From: Podarcis vaucheri
Taxonomy: Eukaryota
Assembly (NCBI GenBank): GCA_965113315.1
Contig: OZ220363.1
Reading direction: 5' to 3' (one strand)
DNA length: 64,000 bases
The position numbers and the translations under genes were made by a program. The notes beneath the pieces were generated by a model. It searched no databases. It was given only the letters and a program-made list of their open reading frames with translations, and was not told where the DNA came from. Below are positions 1 to 12,089 of this stretch, one piece after another. Every line of letters starts with the position of its first letter. The stretch's first letter is position 1.

Positions 1-1059
1 TGGTAAAGACTGTACAATTGCCATGAGAGAAAAGACAAAGCAGTAGAGAGTAGCATCCTAATATTCCTATCAGTTATTATTTATATTATATATAGTGATC
101 ATCTGCTAGTTTTACTGTAGTTGTCTGCAAACTACAGATATACGAAGGACTGTAATTAGCAACTTTATTTGCTCATTTAGTGATTGTTTTGTACTGTTAA
201 GGTGTCAATAATGTGAGTGTTTATTGATGGAGTTTTATTTTATTTATTTCATTTCAAAATAAAACTATATGATATAAAAAGGCCACCTGCTCCCTGCCTC
301 TCCCCTCCCCTTCTCCTCCTCCTTTAAAAAAAGTGGCATTGAATGTATCTGGTAGAAGCACACATACTATAGCAGAAGACCAGATCACACTACAGTTGCC
401 ATGGGGATGTCATTGACTCTGAGCCGTAATATATATGAACTACTTAACTGCATGGGCCCCTGCCATGTGTCAAGAGTCTTCACCTTTCCACCAGCAACAA
501 GGAGCGGGGGCATGGAGATAGCAGAAATGCATGCATTTGTTCTATATATCGCAAACAGCTGGAAAATCATTGTCAAAGGCATTGCCATGGCAACTGGGAT
601 TTGTTTTCTTCTGGACCATATTGCTCTTATAGGTTACATTTTAAAAATGAAACACTTCCCATCCTACAATGTGAAATATTTCTAGGATGGTATACAACAA
701 GGTAGTAAGGGAAAAGCTAAACATAAGAAGGCTAAAACCCAGCACCCTTGATCTGCCATGCTGGGAGGGTTGCAGGGGGCAGAGGTTTCATTTTCCCAAG
801 CCCAAAACCACTCAGCCAGGCTCTGCCTACAGAGCAATGCTGGTGTCACTTCTCTGCCACAAAACTCCCAGCTCCACCTGCCAAAGGTCCTGGTGGGCAG
901 GGGGACCTATTGGCATTAGCCCACAGAAAATCCCAAGATGGGATTTTACACTATTTTATGCAAATTGTTTAAAGATTTAATCTTGCATTAAAGCACTATA
1001 CATACTTTGTTTAAAACAACAACTGGAAATAAAAATCTTAAAGGAGGGAGTTTGCTTAC

Positions 1060-2416
1060 CCAAGTATTCTCCTTTGGAAGAACTATTTAGTACTTCATCA
1101 ACATCAAAGATGGTACAAGGTGACACAGGGCTTTTAACTTTGACATCTCCTTTATTCCTAAAGCTGCTGAATAGGTTCCACACATTGTTCCTCTGTTCAG
1201 GACCATCCAAAACGGCATCAGCGTTTTTCTTCCTGTGCCTTAGAGATGAATAGCGGGTGTTCTTTTGATTGTGAGCACACCACTCATCCCTGGCAGACTT
1301 CCAGAGGTTCTCTTTAAGGGTAAACCTTTCTAGAAGTGTTGGCACATCATCAGCATTGGTAGAAGAGGAATGTTCGGGTTTATGAAGACTCTGGGAAGGG
1401 CTGCTATGCACACTGTAAACAGGAAAAGACGTGCCTTTGTCAACACATGAATATTCCTCTCTCGGACTGCTGGAAAAATGAGACCCATTTGAACTCCTTG
1501 TTCCAAGTCTTTTTTCTGCATCATCCAACACACTGAGCTCCTGTATTTGTACATTATAGTCTCCATGATTCTTGCTGCATCTGAGACTAGCAGAGCGAAC
1601 CAGGGCCTGTGGGAAATTGAAAAATGTGCTTTCCAAAGGAAATTTGGCAGGTGTGTCCTGGGCCTTTTTCAAACCTGCTGGAGGAGAAGTAAGAGGTTCT
1701 ATGATGGATTTCTTTATAGCTTTGGCAATTAGCCTCAGTGGCGATTTTGGCTGGGTGGCAGTGTGTTCTTTGGGACAGTCACCAACATTCTTTGAAAGTG
1801 TCTGTCCAGGAGACAAAACTGGAGAATGGTTATCTGAGAACTTCTGAGATTGACCACAACTGGATTGTTTCGGTATGTTCTCATATCTGTTAAAATAAGC
1901 ATTCTTCTGGTCTGGAATTCCTTGGCAGTCATGTTCCGTTCTTGTAATATCTAGCTCAGCATCATCCAGAACAGGTCTTCTGGGCTTCTGCTCCATTGAA
2001 AGTGTCAACCTCCTCATTATCTTGTTTTTAGCTTTGTTCAAATGTTTGTCATGCTGTTCTTTGGCATTCTTATCTCCGTCATCAGGGTCTGCAGAGGACA
2101 ACCCTGAATTCTTTGTATACAGCTGAGAGATCAGTGGCTCACTATTCATCACCCAGTTTCCTAAATGTGCATCTTCAGTTCTGTAATCCTTGCCTTCAAG
2201 CTGAGGGTAACTGAGAGGTGAAGTCAGATCGACGTGACAAGTGGATTTGTTATGTGCCAATGGAAAGCTATCAGGGCAGTTGTGGAGTGAATAGTGAGGA
2301 ACATAGGATGCAATTTCACTGGATTTATCTCTGGCTTTTCCTTTCCTTTGAAATGCTGGGCTGCGTAGCTTGAAATGTCCTCTTGTAATTTCTGGACTCT
2401 TGTCAGGAGATGTCAG
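1060..2416 (-). CDS. MICAL2: Large MICALCL-region exon (452 codons; LTSPDKSPE...KSPLRLIAKAIKKSI...DVPTLLERFTLKEN...KGEYL)
   Basis: ORF 977..2431; ttccatacag| acceptor phase 0; TTGG|gtaagc donor phase 1; MICALCL motifs L.L..EQK, PKSPLRLIA.AI..S, DVPTLLE...L.EN, SSLR. Confidence 0.93.
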
Positions 2417-2764
2417 CTGTATGGAATGCATAAAATGATTATTTTTAGAGGAAAATGCTGCCAGGTCACCCTTGCTTCTATTTAGAGAGTGTTTTCAAAC
2501 AATTACATGAGAAAATACACTCCCCCCATAAAAATGCCAGAAAGCCTCACAAAAACATTCCAATAAAATGGAAAAGGAATACACCATAACTGCAGGGTCT
2601 TGCTTTTATCCAAATATCCCTGGGAGACAGTCAAGATATTTAGATATTCAGATGTCTGTAGGGGTTCACTGCAAAATATATATAGACCCAGCAGACAAAC
2701 AGTTAGTGTAGGTTAAAAAAAGTTTTCCATTTTTAAAAAACAACAACAAGATGGTGCCGTTGTA

Positions 2765-3014
2765 CAGTCATACCTTGGAAGTCTGACAGAATTCATTCCG
2801 GAAGTCCGTTTGACTTCCAAAACGTTCGGAAACCAAAGAACAGCTTCTGATTGGCTGCAGGAAGCTCCTTCAGCCAATCAGAAGCCATGGAATCCTCGCT
2901 GGACATTTGGCTTCCAAAACTAGTTTGCAAACCAGAACACTCACTTCCGGGTTTGCAGTGTTCGGGAGCCAAAACGTTCGAGAACTAAGCTGTTCGAAAA
3001 TCAAGGTACGACTG
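2765..3014. mobile_element. Tc1/mariner-type MITE
   Basis: TIRs CAGTCATACCTTG / CAAGGTACGACTG flanked by TA. Confidence 0.8.
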
Positions 3015-3335
3015 TATTGCATTATGCTTGTGTAACTACTATTCACCACTAGGAGGCAAGTTCTGTCTGATCTGGACAGTGACCCTCCCATCCATGGTTG
3101 CACTAACCCACTGAAGAAAGCATAAGCTACAAATAATTTATAATCTAAAGATCTTGTTTATTTGTTTGCAAACCACACTTCATCCATACATCTCATTGTA
3201 AAAATACAACAAAAAACAAAAAACGCTATACATACATACATACATATTTACAGCAATACCCTGTAGTATTTATACTGTAGTATTATATTGCACTTCTTCA
3301 ACAAAGCATACTGTTAAAAATGTGTTGCTTCATAC

Positions 3336-3433
3336 CTCTGTCTGAAAGACCTCATCCTTAAAGTCACTTTGAACACAGGCAGAGGTATCCTTTGAAGACG
3401 ACCCGTTTTTCTTGTTGTACAGTAGAGGAAAAT
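3336..3433 (-). CDS. MICAL2: MICAL2 long-isoform exon (N)FPLLYNKKNGSSSKDTSACVQSDFKDEVFQTE
   Basis: ctttgtag| and GAG|gtatga, 98 nt, phase 1-0, open and joining both neighbours in frame. Confidence 0.8.
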
Positions 3434-3528
3434 CTACAAAGGGAAAAGTGGACCCATAAAAGTGAGTTCATTGGAATAGATCCATGGAGTCCATGCTACT
3501 GAAACTACCCTTCCACATTACAGGTACC

Positions 3529-3677
3529 CAGTGCTTCCCCCGCCCTAAAAAAATGTTTAGGAGTACTCTCATTTTCCCACTCATATTGAAATACTGCCCC
3601 TCAATGAGGCCAAACTTAGATCCACAAAATGTTTAGGGGTATGCATACCCCTGTGCCCCCCCCCGAAAAAAGCACTG
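3529..3677. mobile_element. hAT-type MITE
   Basis: TIR CAGTGCTT...AAGCACTG; perfect 8-bp TSD CAGGTACC (3521-3528, 3678-3685). Confidence 0.9.
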
Positions 3678-4364
3678 CAGGTACCCAACTGGCAAGCAAT
3701 GCCGCCCATATAGACCATGTGGGACCTTGAAGGCCGCAATCCAGCTCCCTGCCACAGTATAGCATTGTGTTTTGTTTTGTTTTTTAAAAATCATTTTAAT
3801 CAATTAGGTGGCACAGAAAAACAGCAGCAGCAACAACAACAACAATAACAGTGACATAGCAAAATGATGATGATGATATTCTCCTGTATCCACCATTCCG
3901 TTCTGCTCCCCAGCCAGGCTACAAGCCATGATGGCTATAATGGTGTTTTGCAACTTTGACCTGTTGCAGGACCTTAGCAGAGCATACGCAGAGTTCCAGA
4001 AAGCAATCAGTTGCAGGCAGGATGGACGAAGCAGGAACAAGACGCTGCTACCAGTAACTTGGTTACTTAGAGGTGTTTATTATTTACAGCAGACTCTACA
4101 AGTCACTATATACAAGAACAGATATGGATCTTAACTAGCTCTCTCTTAACAAACGACTCTCAGAACTCAGAACACCACACTGACCAACAAAACTATCCAG
4201 TCAGTAAGGCCATAAGTCATCATGCCTGTGTGAGACCTCAACCAATGGGAGAGCTGTATCCAAGGTCTCATATCTCCAGGCAGGATAACTCCTCTCTGCT
4301 CAGTCATCTTGGCTTTCGGCCAATGCTTAGCTGAGTCTGTGTGAAGCTGCACAGAATGTCATGT

Positions 4365-4582
4365 AGTCAAAAATCCCAAGAGGCTATGCTCTGCCTCCAC
4401 TGTTAGAGGCAGCAAGGCATCTGAATACCAGTTGTTGGGAACCAGGGGGATGGAGAAGGCTCTTGGGCTCATCTTCTGCTTGCTGGTTTCCTCCAGGCAT
4501 CTAGTTGGCCGCTGTGAGAAGGGGATGCTGGACGAGATGGGACATTGGCCTGATCAAGAAAGCTCTTCTTACGTTCTTATGT
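4365..4582 (+). mobile_element. CR1/L2-clade LINE 3' end or derived SINE fragment
   Basis: Ends ...GGCCTGATCAAGAAAGCTCTTCTTACGTTCTTATG; related inverted copy near 10860-11010. Confidence 0.5.
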
Positions 4583-6308
4583 TTGGAGTGCTATGCCCAA
4601 TAGTAAACATGTTTTTAAATGCCCAGTTAATTGAAGAAGAAAAATTGCCCTGGGCCTAAAAAATAGGAAAGGTGACTGAGTGAACAGTGCTGTAGATATG
4701 GGGGGGACTAGCTGGGTTTTTTTGCCCTTGGTGAAGCCTCCAGAGAGGCACCATTGAGGCTCCCAGACACGTGTATGGGCGGTGCCAAAAGGAGTCTTTG
4801 ACCCAGGTGAAATAAAGCTTCGTTTTGGACCTGCAGGGGAAGGGGCTTTCCATAGCTGCATTGCCACTACTTGTTGCCACAATCCTCAAGTCTGCAGGGG
4901 GTGGTTTCTAGAGAAAGGCATCAGCTTGATGACCTCAGCATGCATGCAGGTTGGTGGGTATGGGAGGAGGTGGCTGCACATTGCTCCAGTCATATATTGG
5001 CATCCCTATTTTATTTAGAGATGTGCAATTAATCCCCTTTTCAGTTTTCATCAGTTCCCAAAGTGTAAAGGAGCCATAAAATAGGCAATTAAACTAAACA
5101 TGAAAGAGTTAAAATCAACAATACAGCCTGTGCCACTGAGTGAAAAAAGAAATCTAATTATTCTGGTGCAATTAATATTATAGAAAACTACCCACACTCA
5201 GAGAAGCTTGTAGGATGCTGTTTCTATGTAACTGCTTTAGGGCTTTAAAAACAACACCACCAAATTGGATGTTCAATACTATCGAGTTCTACCATGGCTT
5301 TGCAAATTGGCTGCCACATTTGGATTCCCTGACTGCAGTCTTCTGGCCCTGTCAGGTTCTCCTCTCACCCCTGCAACAGAAAGTCTCGCTGGCTAACAAT
5401 ATTGCCATATAAACCATCGCCAGCTTGCCATCGAGTAATTTCCTAGCCCCACCTTAAGAATTGTGTGGCAGAGTTTCCGCTGTTCCATCATTTCCCCACC
5501 AAATGGCAACTTTTCCACAATGGAATTCAAGCCCCCCCCCCCCGCCCCATCCCTTCATTGACTGAATGGCTGAGCTCTGCTCCTGGTGGTGCCAATTAAG
5601 CACAGCAGGAGACAAGAGCAGCAGCTGTCAAAGATCTTTTATTTCAGACGCAATGGAGGAAATGTTTTTGTTCTCTGCAATGTAGGAGACAATATTTATT
5701 CCAATATGGATTCTTGGATCACATAACTTAATATCGAATGTGTATTTCTCTCTCTCTCTCTCTCTCTCAACAAAATAGTAAATGCAGGAAATATTTGCAC
5801 AGCTTTGGATAAATCAACACATTTATTAATATAAGTGTTAGTACAGTTCATTGTCCTGGAAGGCAAGTAAAATGACTCCAGCTGATGCCTGCAAATTTAA
5901 AACAAGCAAGGGGTGTCCTGGATAATAATAAATAATAAGAATAATTTTATTATTTATACCCCAGCCACTCTGGGAGGCCTACAGTGCATATAAAAACATA
6001 GCAAAATGTCAAACATTTAAAACTTCCCAATACAGGACAGCTTTCAGGTGTTTTCTAAAAGTTGTGCAATTCTTTATCTCTGGATTTTATTGACTATAGT
6101 TTATTTATTATTTTATTTCATAAAATGTGTAAGTCACTTGATTTTTTAAAAAAACAAACAAACCTCCAAGCAGTTTGCAAAAAAGATAAAACAATAAAAT
6201 TATCAATAAGAAAAATGATCAACAATGATCTGATACTTTCAAAAAGTTGAAATAACAATAGACTAATAACAGATTGAAGCCTGCATCAACTTGCTAAACA
6301 TCTGGGTA

Positions 6309-6597
6309 AAAGGTAAAGGTAAAGGGACCCCTGACCATTAGGTCCAGTCGTGGCCGACTCTGGGGTTGGGGCGCTCATCTCGCTTTATTGGCCGAGGGAG
6401 CCGGAGTACAGCTTCCGGGTCATGTGGCCAGCATGACTAAACCGCTTCTGGTGAACCAGAGCAGCGCACGGAAATGCCATTTACCTTCCTGCCGGAGCGG
6501 TACCTATTTATCTACTTGCACTTTGATGTGCTTTTGAACTGCTAGGTGGGAGGAGCAGGGACCGAGCAACAGGAGCTCACCCCGTCGCGGGTATTCG
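6309..6597 (-). mobile_element. Sauria SINE, 5'-truncated
   Basis: (ACCTTT)n tail on the minus strand; 12-bp TSD AACAT(C/T)TGGGTA at 6297-6308 and 6598-6609; similar to the 20114 copy. Confidence 0.9.
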
Positions 6598-7955
6598 AAC
6601 ATTTGGGTAGGCTTGTCTAAATAACAATGTTTAGGAGAGCAAGGTGGCAGACAGTTTTCTCCACTGAGCTGTAGTTGTTCAATAGGTCAGGGCTAGGTAG
6701 GGCTTCTTGAGGATAAGCACACCAACACCTCCTTCAGAGTTCCCACCCCTTCCTACAAAGAAGCATTAGCTACCCCTTCTATCTGCTTGACCAATTGCCT
6801 TCAGCTAACTTTCATAGGCAAGGATACCCAGAGAGCAGGACTCTCCTAGTGTTTCGTTCACCTCAGCTTCAGCAACTGAAACTAAACCAATACCATTGGA
6901 ACACACAGTGTTCTCGACCCTTTCATGCATACTCTAACCCCAGTGATGCTATCCCAGTGATTGCCAGCAGTTTCCTTGTAATGTGCTTCTTCCCCACATT
7001 TCTTAGTATCACCTTCAGATCCTAGGATTCAAGGAATGGAGGTAAGAGCAGCTCTGTTGATTCAGACCAAAGAGCCACCATAGTCCAATGTCTGGCTTAC
7101 AAAAGTGGTCAACTACATGCTTCTTGGAAAGCCAACTGTCTGGGCTTGAAAGGAGCCTTGTAGCCACAGGTTCCCTAGCCAGCATCACCATACTTTATAT
7201 TTAGTTTTACTTTGCAAGCTACAAGGCTGCATGAAGGCAACATCCTCTCCCTTTGCTTGCTCTATAGCAGCTGCTATTCAGAATAGCACCTCTGAACCTT
7301 GAGGATTAGTTAGCTAAGTAAGAGTGGTCTTTCATAACTATGCCTAAGCTCAGGTTGAAGCTGTGAAGCCAGATGTGGGCAGGCTTCAGTTTTCCAGAAC
7401 CCCAAAATCCACCAGTCAGAGCCAGATGCACAATAGCAGCTTGTGAAACAACCTTAGAATTAAGAAACAAGGTGTATTTGAGAACATGCTCAGCCCAATT
7501 GTTTGTTCTTACTAGTGAATGAAGTTAGCAGTCATTCCATATAAAAATCCATCCCTGGATCCCCCCCCCAAATGCTTTCTTCATTAGAGCAGCCGTATTT
7601 AGAAAGAAAAAGCCTTTTGTTGTTGCTGCGACAATTAGGAGAACTATTGGCCATTGTCTTATCAATCTGCCAGTAAATCCTGTTCTATCTTCTGCCCATC
7701 TGATCTAAGTCAGTGGCTACCAGCACATCTTGTGGCAACTCTTTCCATGCATTTATTATGTACTGTGTGAAAACAGGATTTTGTTTGTCCTGAATCTCCC
7801 ATCGATTTCACAGGTTCTAGCATAATGTGGGGGAGGAGAATTCCCTACCATGCTCTTTGCATCCCATCATCATCCTTCCCCAACCACCCTTTCTTCTAAG
7901 CATAAAACATCCCAAACATGTTAAGCCCCATCTCCTTAAACACTTGTCACCCTTT

Positions 7956-8018
<63 letters not shown>
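7956..8018. repeat. (TTTC)n microsatellite
   Basis: Direct reading. Confidence 0.95.
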
Positions 8019-8019
<1 letters not shown>

Positions 8020-8259
8020 GGGGTGAGCAGCTCATGACTGAGAGTAAAGCAACAATGCTTGCAATACATAACCCGAACCAGTGTGGGGCAGTAGACAAAA
8101 AAGCTATCTATTCTTCCCTCGCTGATTCCTTCTTGAGTATCTACCTGCAAATTGTTCTTCTCTCATATCTGAAATTCCTGCTTCTTCTTCTTCAGTGTTA
8201 GACTTTCCTTTTGTTAACTTCATGACTCCATGAAAGCCATGCATAAGCTTGTTTTGCTA

Positions 8260-8780
8260 TGTTAGCAGCACTGAAGTGACCTGGGCAGTGTGTGGAGGTC
8301 TTGGGCTGCGCAGACAAGAATATCAGCCTCACGGATGTGGTCCAAAGGAAAGCAGAGCAACATGTTTGGCACCAGCTTGGCTGCAGGAGTTGCTGGAAGG
8401 AGGTATACAAGATGCCATCCAACCGTCTTAGGGACTCCACTCTCAATTTGTGTAGAGTTTACTCCTTAGCCTTTGCTTCTCCCAAAGAAGTTCCACAAGG
8501 CAATGGATACAGATTGTTCCTCAGGGTTTATTCCTGAAGCCTTTCTCATGAAGGAGCATAATTGCAAGGCAGTGGAGGTTTAGGATTAGGGCAGTGATGG
8601 ACAAACTTGGCCCTCCAGCCATTTTGGGACTACAATTCCCATCATCCCTGACCACTGGTCCTGTTAGCTAGGGATGATGGGAGTTGTAGTCTGGAGGGCC
8701 AAGTTTGGCCATCACTGGATTAGGGTTTTCTTTCTCTTAGATTGACTACCTTGCAGGTTAATGAGCCCCATCTGTTCCTG
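8260..8780 (+). mobile_element. Probable RTE-clade LINE 5' fragment, interrupted by a hAT MITE
   Basis: Resembles a recurrent squamate RTE-like 5' segment (GGTCCAAAGGAAAGCAGAGCAA...GGCACCAGCTTGGCTGCAGGAG); recollection only. Confidence 0.35.
8592..8717. mobile_element. hAT MITE (near-palindromic)
   Basis: TIR CAGTGATGG.CAAACTTGGCCCTCCAG; perfect 8-bp TSD GATTAGGG. Confidence 0.92.
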
Positions 8781-10003
8781 TATAAGCTTGTATGTACTCT
8801 GAATAGATTTGCTTATCAGGTGTAGCCAACCTTAAGTTTCTTTATTCTTTCAACCAGCCGTCTTAACAGACTATTTCTGCAATCTGCTGCAATAGATATG
8901 CCAAGCTTCAACACTTGCACCACCTTGCTATTCTAGCAGAAACATGTGATTTTCTTCAGCTACACCCCTCCTCTCCCTTCATTAGTTCATTAGATCATGG
9001 CACCCAAATTAGTGCCAAAAGCAGGAAACCCAGACAAAAGCACTGAAGCACACCTGCATCAGATTAGCTTTTGCAAATGGCTGCTTGTGGAGGTGGGGAA
9101 GCCATGGAATTGTTTAGCCGAGAGAAAGGTGAATTTTGCATGAACAGGTGCAAATGAATTCAGATGACACACACACCTGAACCTTAGGAACTCTGCTTCA
9201 CCACAAGCCAACAGAAAAACTGTTCCTGTTCGTTTGTTTGTTTGATTGACTGACCCAGTTTAAAGGCTTATTTGAATATTATGTGACTGCACTTCTAACC
9301 TGATTCTGGAAGAGATTACAACTCCCCTTATTTTTACATTGACATCATGAAATGCGCTCACTTAAGGGGGGGGGGAGTGAACTGAACTTACGCACGCACA
9401 CACTGGCCTGGGTGACAAGTCCATGTTGAAGATTCTGGTTTCTAGACACAGTGAATTTTACAAAGATATTAAAACCACAGCTTTTCAGACAATGGCGGGT
9501 GGAGGTGGTGAATCAAAATACTGTGGTTGGGACAGGAGCTGGTTTCTGTCAGTAGATGGGTTTTGCTATTTTCTTAAAATTCACTCATCTCCTTCTGGTG
9601 GGCTGTTAGCTCCCTCTGGAGATTCATCACCAGACCCACATGGGAGGTTTACACACATAAATAGGCAAAGCTTTAAACAAATGTGTAAATGAGCAAGCTG
9701 CAAAAGGAGCTGGCAGTAGGCTTGCTCCCCACCTACCCTTAAAAGATTGTTAAAGTGTTGCCTCTTGTTGGTTTTTAACCAGTAGGCTAAGGCACAGCTA
9801 TACAAAAACTGGTCTTACAAACTTCAGTAGAAGAGGAAGAAACTACAGAAAAGGAGAAGAAAATAGAAACTATTTGTGGAAGCTGCAGTCAGGATTATTA
9901 CTCTTAATGCTATTATTATTACTATTACTACTACTACTACTACTACTAACAACAGCATTATTATAGGAAGTGGGCTCTGGCAAGTTCTCACAATTATTGT
10001 GCC

Positions 10004-10037
<34 letters not shown>

Positions 10038-10548
10038 TTATACCCCAGCCACTCTGGGCAGCTCCCAACAGAATATTAAAAACACAATAAAACATCACAC
10101 ATTAAAAACTTCCCTAAACAGGGCTGCCTTCAGATGTCTTCTAAAAGTCAGATAGTTGTTTATTTCCTTGACATCTGATGGGAGGGTGTTCCACAGGGCG
10201 GGCGCCACTACTGAGAAGGCCCTCTGCCTGGTTCCCTCTAACCTCACTTCTCGCAGTGAGGGAACTGCCAGAAGGCCCTCGGCGCTGGATCTCAGTGTCT
10301 GGGCAGAATGATGGGGGTGGAGACACTCCTTCAGGTATACAGGACTAAGGCCGTTTAGGGCTTTAAAGGTCAGCACCAACACTTTGAATTGTGCTCGCAA
10401 ATGTATTGTGAGCCAATGCAGATCTCTCAGGACTGGTGTTATATGGTCCCAGTGGCCACTCCCAGTCACCAGTCTAGCTGCCGCATTCTGGATTAGTTGT
10501 AGTTTCCAGGTCACCTTCAAAGGTAGCCCCATGTAGAATGCATTGCAG
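10004..10548 (-). mobile_element. L2 LINE 3' fragment with (TTA)n tail
   Basis: ORF 10095..10715 contains KLQLIQNAAARLVTG...HITPVLRDLHWL...RAFSVVAPALWNTLP, the typical L2 ORF2 C-terminus. Confidence 0.92.
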
Positions 10549-11268
10549 AAGCCGAATAACAGCTTCAGAGATTGTATGTAGCTGTGCCAACCAAATGGGC
10601 ATGCCACTGCGACAGCAACTTGCTCAGAGATGCAAGTGTGTTCCCGGATGCTGAGAGGTCCACATGTACATAGTAGAAGACAGACCACAGGCAAGAGATA
10701 CCTGAGAAGTATCACAAGAACACAGGAATCTGTATTACACCAAATCAGATCATTGGCCCATCTAGGGGAGCAGCTTTCTGGGGTTTCAAACTGGAGACCT
10801 TCCCAACCTGACTTGGAGATATCAGGGATTGAATCTGGGACCTTCTGTTGTAAGAGTATAAGAAGAGTCTTGCAGGATCAGGCCAGTAGGCCCATCTAGC
10901 ACAGGATGCGGTTGTCACAGACACCAACCGGATGCCTCTGGGAAGCCCAAAAGCAGGACCCAAGCACAGCAACACTCTCCCCTCCAGCACCTGGCATTCA
11001 GAAGCTAGTGGAAGCAGAACATAGGCATCAGGGTTAGGGGCCATGGGTAGCCTTCTGCAAGCAAGCCAGATGCTCTTCCACTGATGCTGTTGGACTCCAA
11101 CTTCTAACACATGTATGTTTTGCAGATGCAGGATGGGCCAGAAGGGAAAACCAATCATGTGACTATCATTCATTTGAAACCCCAGCAGGGGAAAACCTCA
11201 TGAGGAAAGGGATTTGGAGCAGGGAACCAGTGGAAAGGAAAACAGTTAAGACCCATTCTAAATCTTAC

Positions 11269-11346
11269 TTGACTGAATTTTCTTCTTCCAGTTTTGGTAC
11301 TTTTTTGAGGCAGAAGGTTCTCGAAGACTCTGGGCTCGTTGAAGAG
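11269..11346 (-). CDS. MICAL2: MICAL2 long-isoform exon (A)LQRAQSLREPSASKKYQNWKKKIQS
   Basis: ctctttag| and |gtaaga, 78 nt, phase 1-1; resembles ALQRANSFQSPTPSKYQNWRRK. Confidence 0.92.
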
Positions 11347-11735
11347 CTAAAGAGATGGAAAAGGACACTTTAAAACGGTCCATTTGAAAAAAATGTAAAA
11401 CAATATATTGAATGAATAGAGGTTTCACTAAAGGGTCAAGCAACTGCATGTCCTTTTGTGCTTCCATTCCCTGCCCTGGAAGTGAAATTCCATGGTCCCA
11501 AGAATAGCATATCCCCCCCCCCTGCCCTGAGCTACTGTAACACATTTGCAATTCCAAATCAAACACCCAACAATCTCTAGATCTGCACTATCTAGATCAG
11601 ACATTTCCCATTAGTAACTTATATACATGCAAAAAAACAGCAGGGTTAAAGCACTTTTCAGTTGCAATCCAGTATACACACTGGGAGTAAGTCTTCCAGG
11701 ATGTAACAGGATTTACTTCTGAATATATATATATA

Positions 11736-11960
11736 CAGTGGAACCATGGTTCCCAAATGTCTTAGTTGCCGAACAAATTGGCTCCTAAATGCCGCAAACC
11801 CAGAAGTAAGTGTTCCAGTTTGCGAACGTTTTTCAGAAGCAGAACATCCGACGCAGCTTCTGCTTGGGTGCCGGAAGCTCCTGCAGCCAATTGGAAGCCA
11901 TGCCTTGGTTTTCGAATGGACTCCCAGAACGGATTAAGTTTGAGAACCAAGGTACCACTG
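11736..11960. mobile_element. Tc1/mariner-type MITE
   Basis: CAGTGGAACC...GGTACCACTG inserted in a (TA)n run; interior related to 2765-3014. Confidence 0.85.
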
Positions 11961-11974
11961 TATAGGGTTGCATC

Positions 11975-12089
11975 CAGAGGTTTTTTTTCAGCCGGAACTC
12001 AGTTCCGGCACCTCTCAGGTGGGCACCATTCCCATTCTAAGAGAGCAAGAGTGAGTTCTGGCACACCTTTCCCCAGAAAAACAGCACTG
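11975..12089. mobile_element. hAT MITE
   Basis: Perfect 8-bp TSD GTTGCATC (11967-11974, 12090-12097); CAG...CACTG ends. Confidence 0.85.

Noticed and set aside
3962-4353. Possible second solo LTR (TGTTGCAG...CTGCACA)
   Set aside because: LTR-like composition, but no target-site duplication could be found.
7817-8201. ORFs rich in ERKK or FFLS (also 17396-17665)
   Set aside because: They are translations of (TTTC)n microsatellites.
10095-10715. 206-aa ORF as a host gene
   Set aside because: It is the L2 ORF2 C-terminus plus flanking sequence.
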